From Macrostomum hystrix (taxonomy: Eukaryota; Animalia; Platyhelminthes), in the NCBI GenBank assembly GCA_950097015.1, contig CATNEN010000025.1, positions 7,006,001 to 7,070,000 on the forward strand: 64,000 bases of DNA. Reading direction: 5' to 3'. The position numbers were made by a program, and so were the translations under genes. Shown in pieces: positions 37,560-49,770 of the stretch. The notes under the pieces are model-generated. The model was not told the origin of the DNA. It saw only the letters and a list, made by a program, of their open reading frames with translations, and made no database searches. Positions within the stretch are counted from its first letter, which is position 1, and every line of letters begins with the position of its first letter.

Positions 37560-39990
37560 GAGAATGACAGATACTAAGAGACACTAAGAGACAGATTCTT
37601 AGAAACACAGAGAGACACTAAGAGAGAGATTCTAAGAAACACAGAGAGACACTAAGAGACAGATTCTTAGAAACACAGAGAGACACTAAAAGAGAGATTC
37701 TTAGAAACACAGAGAGACACTAAAAGAGAGATTCTAAGAAACACAGAGAGACACTAAAAGAGAGATTCTTAGAAACACAGAGAGACACTAAAAGAGAGAT
37801 TCTAAGAAACACAGAGAGACACTAAAAGAGAGATTCTTAGAAACACAGAGAGACCCTAAAAGAGAGATTCTAAGAAACACAGAGAGACACTAAAAGAGAG
37901 ATTCTAAGAAACACAGAGAGACACTAAAAGAGAGATTCTAAGAAACACAGAGAGACACTAAGAGACAGATTCTAAGAAACACAGAGAGACACTAAAAGAG
38001 AGATTCTAAGAAACACAGAGACACTAAAAGAGAGATTCTTAGAAACACAGAGAGACACTAAAAGAGAGATTCTAAGAAACACAGAGAGACACTAAAAGAG
38101 AGATTCTTAGAAACACAGAGAGACACTAAAAGAGAGATTCTAAGAAACACAGAGAGACACTAAAAGAGAGATTCTAAGAAACACAGAGAGACACTAAAAG
38201 AGAGATTCTAAGAAACACAGAGAGACACTAAGAGACAGATTCTACGAAAGACAGAGAGACACTAAGAGAGAGATTCTAAGAAACACAGAGAGGCACTAAG
38301 AGAGAGATTCTTAGAAACACAGAGAGACACTAAGAGACAGATTCTAAGAAACACAGAGAGACACTAAGAGACAAATTCTTAGAAACACAGAGAGACACTT
38401 AGAGACAGATTCTTAGAAACACAGAGAGACACTAAGAGAGAGATTCTTAGAAACACAGAGAGACACTAAGAGACAGATTCTAAGAAACACAGAGAGACAC
38501 TAAGAGACAGATTCTTAGAAACACAGAGAGACACTTAGAGACAGATTCTTAGAAACACAGAGAGACACTAAGAGACAGATTCTAAGAAAGACAGAGATAC
38601 TAAGAGACAGAGTTTCTAAGAAAGTCAGAGAGACACTAAAAGACACTTACAGATTCTAAGAAACACAGAGAGACACTAAGAGACAGATTCTTAGAAACAC
38701 AGAGAGACACTAAGAGACAGATTCTTAGAAACACAGAGAGACACTAAGAGACAGATTCTTAGAAACACAGAGAGACACTTAGAGACAGATTCTTAGAAAC
38801 ACAGAGAGACACTAAGAGACAGATTCTTAGAAACACAGAGAGACACTAAGAGACAGATTCTTAGAAACACAGAGAGACACTAAGAGAGAGATTCTTAGAA
38901 ACACAGAGAGACACTTAGAGACAGATTCTTAGAAACACAGAGAGACACTAAGAGACAGATTCTTAGAAACACAGAGAGACACTTAGAGACAGATTCTTAG
39001 AAACACAGAGAGACACTAAGAGAGAGATTCTTAGAAACACAGAGAGACACTAAGAGACAGATTCTAAGAAACACAGAGAGACACTAAGAGAGAGATTCTT
39101 AGAAACACAGAGAGACACTAAAAGAGAGATTCTAAGAAACACAGAGAGACACTAAGAGACAGATTCTTAGAAACACAGAGAGACACTAAGAGACAGATTC
39201 TTAGAAACACAGAGAGACACTTAGAGACAGATTCTTAGAAACACAGAGAGACACTAAGAGACAGATTCTTAGAAACACAGAGAGACACTAAGAGACAGAT
39301 TCTTAGAAACACAGAGAGACACTAAGAGACAGATTCTAAGAAGCACAGAGAGACACTAAGAGAGAGATTCTTAGAAACACAGAGAGACACTAAGAGACAG
39401 ATTCTAAGAAACACAGAGAGACACTAAGAGAGAGATTCTTAGAAACACAGAGAGACACTTAGAGACAGATTCTTAGAAACACAGAGAGACACTTAGAGAC
39501 AGATTCTTAGAAACACAGAGAGACACTAAGAGACAGATTCTTAGAAACACAGAGAGACACTAAGAGACAGATTCTAAGAAACACAGAGAGACACTAAGAG
39601 AGAGATTCTTAGAAACACAGAGAGACACTAAAAGAGAGATTCTAAGAAACACAGAGAGACACTAAGAGACAGATTCTTAGAAACACAGAGAGACACTTAG
39701 AGACAGATTCTTAGAAACACAGAGAGACACTTAGAGACAGATTCTTAGAAACACAGAGAGACACTTAGAGACAGATTCTTAGAAACACATAGAGACACTA
39801 AGAGACAGATTCTAGGAAAGACAGAGAGACACTAAGAGACAGATTCTAGGAAAGACAGAGAGACACTAAGAGACAGATTCTAGGAAAGACAGAGAGACAC
39901 TAAGAGACAGATTCTAGGAAAGACAGAGAGACACTAAGAGACATATTATAAGAAAGACAGAGACACTTAACGACAGATTCTACGAAAGAT
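37560..39990. repeat. 34-bp minisatellite (~70 copies)
   Basis: Unit AGAGAGACACTAAGAGACAGATTCTTAGAAACAC. Confidence 0.97.
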
Positions 39991-41084
39991 AGAGATACTA
40001 AGAGATAAAGAAATAATAAAAGAGAGATTTAAAGAGTCAGAGAAAAAAAGCAAAAAGACAGAAATGTGCTAAGCGAGGCAGACGGATACTAAGAGAGACC
40101 GTGATGTTAAGATACACAGAGCGAGACAAGCAAGTAGAAAGGATTAAATTGCTTCAAGAAATAGTGTTAATTCTGTTATTTTTCTATAAAAGTTAGATAT
40201 AATTATCCGTTCTCGAGAGCAAACCCAATCAAGAGTGTTTAGTATATATTTTAATTAACTGGTTTCAATAGGCATTTACAAAAGCGAATTCAAGTTATAC
40301 AAACGATATACAAAGATTTCGTCCAATTAAAAATAATATCAACAGAGACTGATACATTCGCTGGCACAAAACAATATGTCGAACCGAAGTTTGTTAAATC
40401 ATGGATGAAAATACGATGACACGTGTGAGAATTATGGTTTTCGTTCCTTAATAAATTGTCTGCATAGTGAGTTTGTAAACTATAGACTACAAATCCGAAT
40501 ATTAAATTAGTAGTATATAGAGTAAATATCTTAGATAAAAAACCGAAATTAATCAATAAATGTCCGCATCTCGCTACTGCAGTGCTAGGTCAAAAAGTAG
40601 TAGTTTCGTGTAAAAACGCAATTATTTTTAAGGTCGAGTTGCTAGAAAGTATATAAATAATATACACTTATAGATTTATACTCTTAAGCTATACCGGATG
40701 ATTAACACAGACTCTAGAATCAATACATTAAAAAGGTCAAAGTAAAAACAGGATTTTTGTTGTTGTTAAAATATAAAAAGTACAGCCAAAATATCAAATA
40801 ACAATCAAAGAATAATTAATTAATTAACAAGCAACTCACTGGATTGTTCTGGAAAGCGCATCAACTCGGACGTCAGATTCGCTAGATACTACTAGAAAAC
40901 AGTACGTACGATTAGTAAGTCTTCTGTGGTCTAAAGAAAATTGTATAATTGAATAGTTTAACTATAAAAATAATTAATTTCGTATGTAGCTGTTAAAAAA
41001 TCACATTTTAACAGAAATGGAGATTTTAGAAAACGGGGGAGAACCTAACAGGGAAAGTGACTTTAACTTTCATCGGGTGGTAAG

Positions 41085-41470
41085 AACCTAGTAGAGAGAG
41101 TGACGTCATAGATCATCGGGTGGTGAGAGCCCAGAAAAGAGAGTGACGTCATAGATCATCGGGTGGTGAGAGCCCCAGAAAAGAGAGTGACGTCATAGAT
41201 CATCGGGTGGTGAGAGCCCAGAAAAGAGAGTGACGTCATAGATCATCGGGTGGTGAGAGCCCAGAAAAGAGAGTGACGTCATAGATCATCGGGTGGTGAG
41301 AGCCCAGAAAAGAGAGTGACGTCATAGATCATCGGGTGGTGAGAGCCCAGAAAAGAGAGTGACGTCATAGATCATCGGGTGGTGAGAGCCCAGAAAAGAG
41401 AGTGACGTCATAGGTCATCGGGTGGTGAGAGCCCCAGAAAAGAGAGTGACGTCATAGATCATCAGGTGGT
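41085..41470. repeat. 43-bp tandem repeat x9 overlapping the SNX3 stop codon
   Basis: Unit TGACGTCATAGATCATCGGGTGGTGAGAGCCCAGAAAAGAGAG. Confidence 0.95.
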
Positions 41471-41971
41471 GCGAACTTTGCCGGGCACGTAGCCTCTATC
41501 AACATTCTGCTCCTGCAGGAACATGTGCAGGCACTTCTCGTTCTGAGCCAGCGGATGACCGGCCACCTTGTTGATGAAGTCCTCCAGGCCGCGACGACGC
41601 TCCTCGATGAAGTCGTCGTCGAAGCGACCGTCGCCGCCGCCGCGGAAAGGCAACTGCAGCCGCAGCGCCTTGCCTGGCAGTTTGGGGACGACAATCTTTG
41701 AGTCGCGCTCGAGTTCCCCGCGCAGCCATTCGAATTCCGAATAGCGCCGACGCACGGAGGACTCCTTGAGGCGGAACACTGGGAGGTTGGTGCGCATGCG
41801 AACCTCGTAGTCAGTGTAGCGGTCCTTGTTAACCCCGTGTGTCTCCGGATTGCAGACGTCGATTTCTAAGAAATTTGCCGGCGGGGAATACGCGTCCTCC
41901 AGAGTCTGACGCTTGTGCTGCAGACGTTGAATTGCAGCCGACGCTGTGGCACCCTGCGCTGATGCGCTCAT
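41462..41971 (-). CDS. SNX3: Sorting nexin 3/12 (PX-only), intronless, 169 aa
   Basis: QTLEDAYSPPANFLEIDVCNPETHG...RYTDYEVRMRTNLPVFRLKESSVRRRYSEFEWLRGELERDSKIVVPKLPGKA...FIEERRRGLEDFINKVAGHPLAQNEKCLHMFLQ. Confidence 0.95.
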   Translation of the reverse strand: MSASAQGATASAAIQRLQHKRQTLEDAYSPPANFLEIDVCNPETHGVNKDRYTDYEVRMRTNLPVFRLKESSVRRRYSEFEWLRGELERDSKIVVPKLPGKALRLQLPFRGGGDGRFDDDFIEERRRGLEDFINKVAGHPLAQNEKCLHMFLQEQNVDRGYVPGKVRTT

Positions 41972-42101
41972 GATACTACTGCTCTGGGATGTTAGAGTAG
42001 TGTGTGCAGCTTTTAGATGCCTTAATTTGTATTGGCAATACTCTTTCCGTCAACTACTTGGCAATAGGCTGGAATTGAAAAGATTTTTTTCTGGTAATTA
42101 T

Positions 42102-42137
42102 CTGACTGACTGACTGACTGACTGACTGACTGACTGA
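42102..42137. repeat. (CTGA)9 microsatellite in the DDI1-SNX3 spacer
   Basis: Direct read. Confidence 0.95.
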
Positions 42138-42591
42138 TTAAAAAAAGAAAGAAAAATATACGGGTTCTGATCAACCGAAAAAAAGAGAAAAAGAAAGCAG
42201 ACAAAAAACTAGTTTAGTTAGGCATAAATGTACATAAAAAACGAGACAAACACACAGAAACAATGGCTACAGTAAACAGTGATTTATTTTGCAGTTTAAT
42301 TACCGGATAAATAGAAGAGAACTTACACACAGCGCATGTGATGTTTTGTTGTAGATAGCAAAGCACATAACCATATATTCCTTGTAACTTTTTTTGTGCC
42401 GGAAACAGGCAGGGAAATGAAAGCAGGATCTAATTATTACAAGCAGTGTGATGGGGAAAAAAGACAACGCAGCAAAAATTCTAGAATTCCTTTGAGCAGA
42501 AATCGATGGGCGATAAAATTTGAAACAAAAAACTAAACAGGAAAGTTGCGAGTTCTAGTCTTTCCGAAAGTTTCCTGAACTTCAAGAAAGC

Positions 42592-45500
42592 TCACTGCCC
42601 GGCTGCTTCGCTTTGCCTAGCAACCAGGAATGCGATGGCGGCGTCCACCTCGCCCTGGCCGTGCATCAGGGCCTCGCGGGCGTCGTCAGCAGTTGTACCG
42701 TCCGGGCCGCCGGCGACAACGGCGTCGATCGACTCCTGGGTTATCGGCCTGCCGACGGCGTCACTGGCGCCGCCCCCGCTGTGCCTGGCGTCCTCGGGTA
42801 GGTCGGCCTCAGACAAGAAGGGCGCGGCAGTGCCCGTGGTCCCAATGACCAGCTTGTTCGACTGAGATGGGAATATGGGGATGGGAATGGGATAAATCAC
42901 GATTTTTAGCTATGGGGATCGGAATGGGATAAACCATGAGTTTTAGTTGTGCGGATCGGAATGGGATAAATCATGGATTTAATTATGGGGATGGGAATTG
43001 GATAAATCATGGTTTTTAGCTATGGGGATCGGAATGGGATAAATCATGGCTTCTAGTTATGGGAATGGGAATGGGATAAATCATGGCTTCTAGTTATGGT
43101 GAAGAGAATGGGATAAATCATGGCTTCTAGTAATGGGAATGGGAATGGGATAAATCATGGCTTCTAGTAATGGTGAAGAGAATGGGATAAATCATGGCTT
43201 CTAGTAATGGGAATGGGAATGGGATAAATCATGGCTTCTAGTTATGGGAATGGGAATGGGATAAATCATGGCTTCTAGTAATGGTGAAGAGAATGGGATA
43301 AATCATGGCTTCTAGTTATGGGAATGGGAATGGGATAAATCATGGCTTCTAGTTATGGTGAAGAGAATGGGATAAATCATGGCTTCTAGTTATGGGAATG
43401 GGAATGGGATAAATCATGGCTTCTAGTTATGGGAATGGGAATGGGATAAATCATGGCTTCTAGTTATGGGAATGGGAATGGGATAAATCATGGCTTCTAG
43501 TTATGGTGAAGAGAATGGGATAAATCATGGCTTCTAGTTATGGGAATGGGAATGGGATAAACCATGGCTTCTATAATAGTTATGGGGATTGGAATGGGAT
43601 AAATCAGGGTTTTTATTTGCATGGATCGGAATGGGATAAATCAGGGTTTTTATTTGCAGGGATCGGAATGGGATAAATCAGGGTTTTTATTTGCGGGGAT
43701 CGGAATGGGATAAATCAGGGTTTTTATTTGCGGGGATCGGAATGGGGTAAGTCATGGATACGAGGACTGGAGAGGGATTATTGGGATCAGTTTGGGATTT
43801 AACGCTGGCAACCAACATGATAAGTTATGAGCGGGACCAGAGTAACTAGGGTGCCAAACCTTCAAGTCGAGCAGGCACTGGTGTCGCTTGAGCATGTCCA
43901 GACCCAGCAGCAGATCCATGCTCTGGTCGCGCAGCACGCTAAAATTGCAGGCTAGAAAGTCGCCGCCAATCTGCAGCTGGCCGAGGTGAATGCGGCCAAC
44001 GATGGTCTGGGTGCCGACGCCGCGAGCGATGCCCGCCCAGCGCTTGTCGATCAGGCGCTCGACGCTGCAACGCTGGGCGCAGGCCAGGGACATTATGGTC
44101 ATCTGGGCGCCGCTGTCAACGAATGCTTTGACCGGATGGCCATTAACCTGGTGGCGAGGATTAGGCGCACGGTGCGTAGTTAAATTGCAATCATAGGCAG
44201 ACATTGTTTCTGTTTTTATGTAAAACTGCGTCTAAATAACTAGCTCACGAATATAGCTATATTACAACTGTTGTACATCGCTCAATGTACATTGCTAGCT
44301 ATGCAGCAACAAATATCCACACAGCCTCCAATGTACAATAAATCAATACATGTCAATACTTAATGTACACAGCAAAACAGAACCCAATGTACACAGCAAT
44401 ACAGAACCCAATGTACACAGCAATACAGAACCAAATATAAACAGCAATACAGCACTTAAAGTACAAAGACATACAGCACTTAATGTACACAGACATACAT
44501 TGGCAGTGTTGTACACAGCAACACTGTACTTTGCCCTGAACTCTCACAAGAGTCAGAGACTCACTTTGACATCAATGTAGAGCATAGTAACCGGGGCGAA
44601 GGCCTCCGGCATGTGCTCCAGCGCCGTCTCCATGCTGGCGTCGATGTTCTGCTGCTGAATGAGGCTCTGAATCTCCTGTTGGATGCGCGGATCGTAAGGA
44701 TTGGCGGCTAGAAGCCGAGCTCGCTCCTGAGCAGCCCGGGTTCGCTCCGATTGAGCCGCGCGGAGCAGCTCGGCAAACCTGGCCGGATTCTGTACAGCCT
44801 CGGCTAGCTGCGGGTTCTGCTGCCTCAGCGCCGCCAGCTGATCCGGCATGGCCAGAAGGGCCTGGCGAAGCATCTCGGGATTGGACATGACCGCCTCGGT
44901 GGCCGCCTCCTCCGACTGGCAAGGAAAGTCGCAGAATTTTTAGACATTTCCCTTTCTAAGAAAACGTGGAGCGCCATTGTAGAGAACGGAATTAAACCAT
45001 TCTTAGAAAACTGGATAAACCATTCTTAGAAAACTGTATAAACCATTCTTAGAAAACTGTATAAACCATTCTTAGAAAACTGGATAAACCATTTTTAGAA
45101 AACTGGATAAACCATTCTTAGAAGACTGGATAAACCATTCTTAGAAAACTGGATAAATAATTCTTAGAAAACTGGATAAAAAATTCTAAGAAAACTGGCT
45201 AAACCATTTTTAGAAAACTGAATTAACAATTCTTAGAAAACTGTATAAACAGTTCCTAGAAATAGGAGCTGTCATTCTTAGAAACAGGAAAGGTTAATCG
45301 GTAAAAACGAAAAATATCCCATTTCCTAGAAACAGGAAATTCTTTTTTCTTAGAAAACGGAAGATACCACATTTTAAGAAATGGAATACACGATTTCTAA
45401 TAAAACTGACAACTCCATTTTTTTGAAAACTGAAGATCCCATTATTTTTCAGTGTAGCTGCAACGCTAACTAATGACCAGTCACCTGAAAGCGACGCTGC

Positions 45501-45841
45501 TGATTCTGCCTGCCGCCGCTACCACCGCTTCCCAGCCTGACACTGGAGAAGTCAATCATCGGCGTTCCGCCTCCTCCGCCGACTCCAGCTCCACGAGCCT
45601 GCTGCTGCTGAGTAGGCATGGGCTGAGCTATGATCATGTCACCTTCGGTAATGCCGGCCTGACTCAGTTTAGCCTGCATGGAGCTGAGCGGCTGTCCATT
45701 GTGCAGCAGCACCACATTGTTGCCGGTTGGCAGACGCAGCTCGGCCCGAGAGACAGCCAGCAGCTCGGACACCGTCATATCAGGTGAGGCGTCCACCTGG
45801 GCTACGGCTCCCTCGCCTGTCAGGGTGGTCACAGTGAGCTT
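42592..45841 (-). CDS. DDI1: DNA-damage-inducible 1 aspartic protease (UBL-HDD-RVP-UBA), ~420 aa; exons 45841-45485, 44915-44565, 44147-43860, 42861-42592; start codon unresolved
   Basis: All junctions are phase 0 GT-AG. UBL KLTVTTL...; helical domain with [46 protein letters not shown]; [23 protein letters not shown]; C-terminal UBA-like [11 protein letters not shown]...AREAL...VDAAIAFL. Confidence 0.93.
42870..43750. repeat. ~34-37-bp minisatellite filling the last DDI1 intron
   Basis: Unit GGGATAAATCATGGCTTCTAGTTATGGGAATGGGAAT. Confidence 0.93.
44350..44520. repeat. 24-bp degenerate tandem repeat in a DDI1 intron
   Basis: AATGTACACAGCAATACAGAACCC. Confidence 0.75.
44990..45260. repeat. 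23-bp minisatellite in a DDI1 intron
   Basis: TAAACCATTCTTAGAAAACTGGA. Confidence 0.9.
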
Positions 45842-46079
45842 CTGCAGTGGGACGGCGACGTTTAATTTAATTGGAGAATGCTGGGGCGAAGTATGAAAGG
45901 AATATATCTCCAAGAAATAGTAAAACTGTCCCGATTAAGAGTTGGGATTGGGACTGGGATTTGAGGACGATGAAATATAAGGATTTGAGAGTATTGAAAT
46001 ATGGGATACGCTAGGATTCGAATTTCAGATTTTAGAGAATTAGAAGTCAAGATTCGCAAGTTCAGATCAGAAGGAGCAG

Positions 46080-46320
46080 AAGTTGGGATCTGTGAGGATC
46101 AGAAGATGGGATCTGTGAGGATCAGAAGTTGGGACTGTGAGCATCGGAAGTTGGGACATGGGAGGATCAGAAGCTGGGATCTGTGAGGATCAGAAGCTGG
46201 GATCTGTGAGGATCAGAAGCTGGGATCTGTGAGGATCAGAAGCTGGGATCTGTGAGGATCAGAAGCTGGGATCTGTGAGGATCAGAAGCTGGGATCTGTG
46301 AGGATCAGAAGTTGGGATTG
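46080..46320. repeat. 23-bp minisatellite upstream of the DDI1 UBL exon
   Basis: GATCAGAAGCTGGGATCTGTGAG; degenerate copies extend to ~46600. Confidence 0.9.
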
Positions 46321-47334
46321 TAGCATTAGAATGTGGGATCAGAATTTTAGATTTCGAGAGATTAGAAGTGGGGATTTGTAAGGATTCAAATCGTTGGGAT
46401 TTTGGGATTCAAGTTGGGATTTTGGAGGATAACAAGTTGAGTTGGGAAGTTGAGGTTTAGGAAGATCAGAAGTTGGGATTTAAGAGAATCAGAAGTCAGG
46501 CTAAGAAAGAATCAGAAGCTGGGATTTGGGAGAATCACATTCTGGGATTTGGAAGCATATCATTGGGATTGGGATAAGGATATAAGTTGGGATAAGGGAG
46601 GATAATACGTCGCTTTATTATTAAATCAGAAATAAGTTCAGTTCGGAAAGAAGCCCCAATACTAGCTCAAACTCGAAGTATCGCTCAATGTACATTGTAC
46701 ATTACACCAAGCCCTAAATCACATAAAATTGAAAAGTAAAGGAAAAACGGGATGAAAAACTGTAATATATTTTGTATTTATCGCTTTTTTTGCTGTATCA
46801 GCAAACAAAAACAACAACAGGCACAATATTTTATGGTAACTTGTCAAACAATAGATAAGCGAATTTACTTTAAAGTTCCACAAAATTATTTAAGAAGCAA
46901 GACTTTTTTGTTTCACTTGTGTCAAGGACAAGAAAACGCATTGCATGTCTACTAACAAACTTATCAGTAGTATAATGGGCAATACGAATATAAACAAAAA
47001 TTGAATTTTTAGTTTTCACCATACTAGAAAACCGGATGATAATTTAGAGACACGAACAGAGGGAGATAAGAATTAGAGCAAAACGAACGCTTATAATGGA
47101 TGTGTTTGCAGTGAGCACAGAAATGCAGAGATCCAGGTTAATTTCTTGCACTTTAGTTTTATGCTGAGTTCTAAGTATGTTAAGTTAAATTGTTGCAGCC
47201 TCAGTAAATAAACTTATGCATCACCATAATAGGCCTGAATCGTATAGACAAATGTTAGTCAAAAAAGGAAAATGAAATTCTGTCTGCAAAAAGCCTATAT
47301 TTTTACTTTTTTTCCCAATACCTGCCTGAGCAGG

Positions 47335-47760
47335 GGGGGAGGCAGTACATGCATGAGTAGGGGGGCAGTACATGTCTGAGTAGGGGGGGGCTGTACATGT
47401 CTGAGTATGGGGGCAGTAGATGTCTGAGTAGGGAGGCAGTAGATGTCTGAGTAGGGGGGGTCAGTACATGTCTGAGTAGGGGGGCAGTACATGTCTGAGT
47501 AGGGGGGCAGTAGATGTCTGAGTGGGGGGCAGTACATGTCTGAGTAGGGGGGCAGTGCATGTCTGAGTAGGGGGGCAGTACATGTCTGAGTAGGGGGGGC
47601 AGTACATGTCTGAGTAGGAGGGGCAGTACATGTCTGAGTAGGGGGTCAGTGCATGTCTGAGTAGGAGGGGCTGTGCATGACTGAGTAGGGGGTCAGTGCA
47701 TGACTGAGTAGGAGGGTCAGTGCATGTCTGAGTAGGGGGGGCAGTACATGTCTGATAAGG
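47335..47760. repeat. 23-bp G-tract minisatellite downstream of the U2B''-like gene
   Basis: GTACATGTCTGAGTAGGGGGGCA. Confidence 0.92.
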
Positions 47761-47826
47761 GGGTCAGAGGACTGCCTGTCTGAGCAGGGGAATGAAACCG
47801 CTAGCAATGTCCAGTCAGGCGTGGCT

Positions 47827-48579
47827 TTACTTTTTAGCAAACTTGATTTTCATGGCGTGCTCGGGATCAATGCGGAAGCCCTGATAGACATCCATGGCCG
47901 ACTTGGCCTGATCCTCGGTCTCGTATTCAATGAAAGCTACATCGGCCCGACCGTCTATGCACCTGGCCTCCTTAAAGCCGTCAACCTGGGAGAATAGCAT
48001 CTGAAGCATCTCGGCGGTGGTCTCGTCTGGCAGATTGTTCAACAATAGGACATTGTTGGACTCTTCTTCTTCCGGCCCGCCCTCTTCTTCCATCATTTGC
48101 GTGTCGTTGTCTCCAGCGGCCGCAGTCGATGCGGCGGCGGCGGCCGCGGCTGATTCGGCCTCCGTCATCATCCGGATGGTGATCTTCTTCTTGCGCTTCT
48201 CGGTGTCGGCATCTTGGGCGGATGAGGCGGCTGCGGCAGCGGCGGCGGATTTGGCAGCCTTCTTGTCGGCAGTCTTATCCGAATGACCTTTGAGGCGCTT
48301 GACAACGGTGGAATCTCGCTTAGCGAACTGCAGCCGCATCGGCTTATCAAAGAGCAGGAAGCCCTGCAGAGAGCGCATAGCAACAGTGGCGTGGCTGATG
48401 TCTTTGAAGCCGACAAAGGCCTGGCCGCGCATGCTGGGTGTCTTCATGGCCACCAGATCTACGACTTTGCCAAACTGATTGAACAGATAGTACAGACCGG
48501 CTTTTAAATCGGCCTTTTTAACGCGATCGTTCAAATTATTGACGTACAGCGTGTGACAGGGTCGATTGTCTAGCACCAT
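47827..48579 (-). CDS. SNRPB2: U1A/U2B''/SNF-family two-RRM protein, U2B''-like, intronless, 250 aa
   Basis: RRM1 HTLYVNNLNDRVKK...LYYLFNQFGKVVDLVAMKTPSMRGQAFVGFKD; RRM2 NNVLLLNNLPDETTAEMLQMLFSQVDGFKEAR...VAFIEYE...MKIKFAKK. Orthology is inferred from the beta2 residues. Confidence 0.85.
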   Translation of the reverse strand: MVLDNRPCHTLYVNNLNDRVKKADLKAGLYYLFNQFGKVVDLVAMKTPSMRGQAFVGFKDISHATVAMRSLQGFLLFDKPMRLQFAKRDSTVVKRLKGHSDKTADKKAAKSAAAAAAASSAQDADTEKRKKKITIRMMTEAESAAAAAAASTAAAGDNDTQMMEEEGGPEEEESNNVLLLNNLPDETTAEMLQMLFSQVDGFKEARCIDGRADVAFIEYETEDQAKSAMDVYQGFRIDPEHAMKIKFAKK

Positions 48580-48929
48580 TGTAATGGCGTCCGGTTAATT
48601 CTTTGAAGCGATGAATAAGGGTGGGTTAAAACGAATGGTAACGAAAGCAAATTGTTTGATTGCATTGAATTAATTGCGGCATCACTTGAACACTTACCTT
48701 CATAATGGTGGGTAATACCTGTATACACACCTAAGTTACTTTCAAATATAGTCTGCTTTCATTTTTCTCCAATAAATTTTGTTAAATCCCAATAAAAAGT
48801 TTGCTTATTTTCTTTGTACGCTGGCGCATAATGGCATCAGTCGGGTGAGGTTTCTGTTCTTTCATTCTCACAGACTAATACACAATTTAATGCGAACAGC
48901 GTATATATATGGAAATCATTTCAAGTTTT

Positions 48930-49770
48930 CCTGAGGGATTCCTGAAGGATCAGTAAGGATAGCTGAGGGATTCCTGAAGGACCAGTAAGGGTAGCTGAGG
49001 GATTCCTGAAGGATCAGTAAGGGTAGCTGAGGGATTCCTGAAGGATCAGTAAGAGTAGCTGAGGGATTCCTGAAGGATCAGTAAGGGTAGCTGAGGGATT
49101 CCTGAAGGATCAGTAAGAGTAGCTGAGGGATTCCTGAAGGATCAGTAAGGGTAGCTGAGGGATTCCTGAAGGACCAGTAAGGGTAGCTGAGGGATTCCAG
49201 AAGGATCAGTAAGGGTAGCTGAGGGATTCCTGAAGGACCAGTAAGGGTAGCTGAGGGATTCCTGAAGGATCAGTAAGGGTAGCTGAGGGATTCCTGAAGG
49301 ATCAGTAAGAGTAGCTGAGGGATTCCTGAAAGATCAGTAAGGGTAGCTGAGGGATTCCTGAAGGATCAGTAAGAGTAGCTGAGGGATTCCTGAAGGATCA
49401 GTAAGAGTAGCTGAGGGATTCCTGAAGGATCAGTAAGGGTAGCTGAGGGATTCCTGAAGGATCAGTAAGGGTAGCTGAGGGATTCCTGAAGGATCAGTAA
49501 GGGTAGCTGAGGGATTCCTGAAGGATCAGTAAGAGTAGCTGAGGGATTCCTGAAGGATCAGTAAGGGTAGCTGAGGGATTCCTGAAGGATCAGTAAGGGT
49601 AGCTGAGGGATTCCTGAAGGATCAGTAAGAGTAGCTGAGGGATTCCTGAAGGATCAGTAAGAGTAGCTGAGGGATTCCTGAAGGATCAGTAAGGGTAGCT
49701 GAGGGATTCCTGAAGGATCAGTAAGAGTAGCTGAGGGATTCCTGAAGGATCAGTAAGGGTAGCTGAGGGA
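48930..49770. repeat. 32-bp minisatellite (~26 copies) between the U1A-like and U2B''-like genes
   Basis: GAGGGATTCCTGAAGGATCAGTAAGGGTAGCT. Confidence 0.95.

Noticed and set aside
37560-39990. CRISPR-like regular repeats (also 41085-41470 and 48930-49770)
   Set aside because: The units are head-to-tail with no unique spacers, there are no cas genes, and the context is eukaryotic.
22200-41000. Short ORFs in the repeat-rich region upstream of the protocadherin (e.g. 23207-23644, 25643-25906, 33826-34185)
   Set aside because: No homology recognised and no coherent exon chain. Probably regulatory or intergenic DNA.
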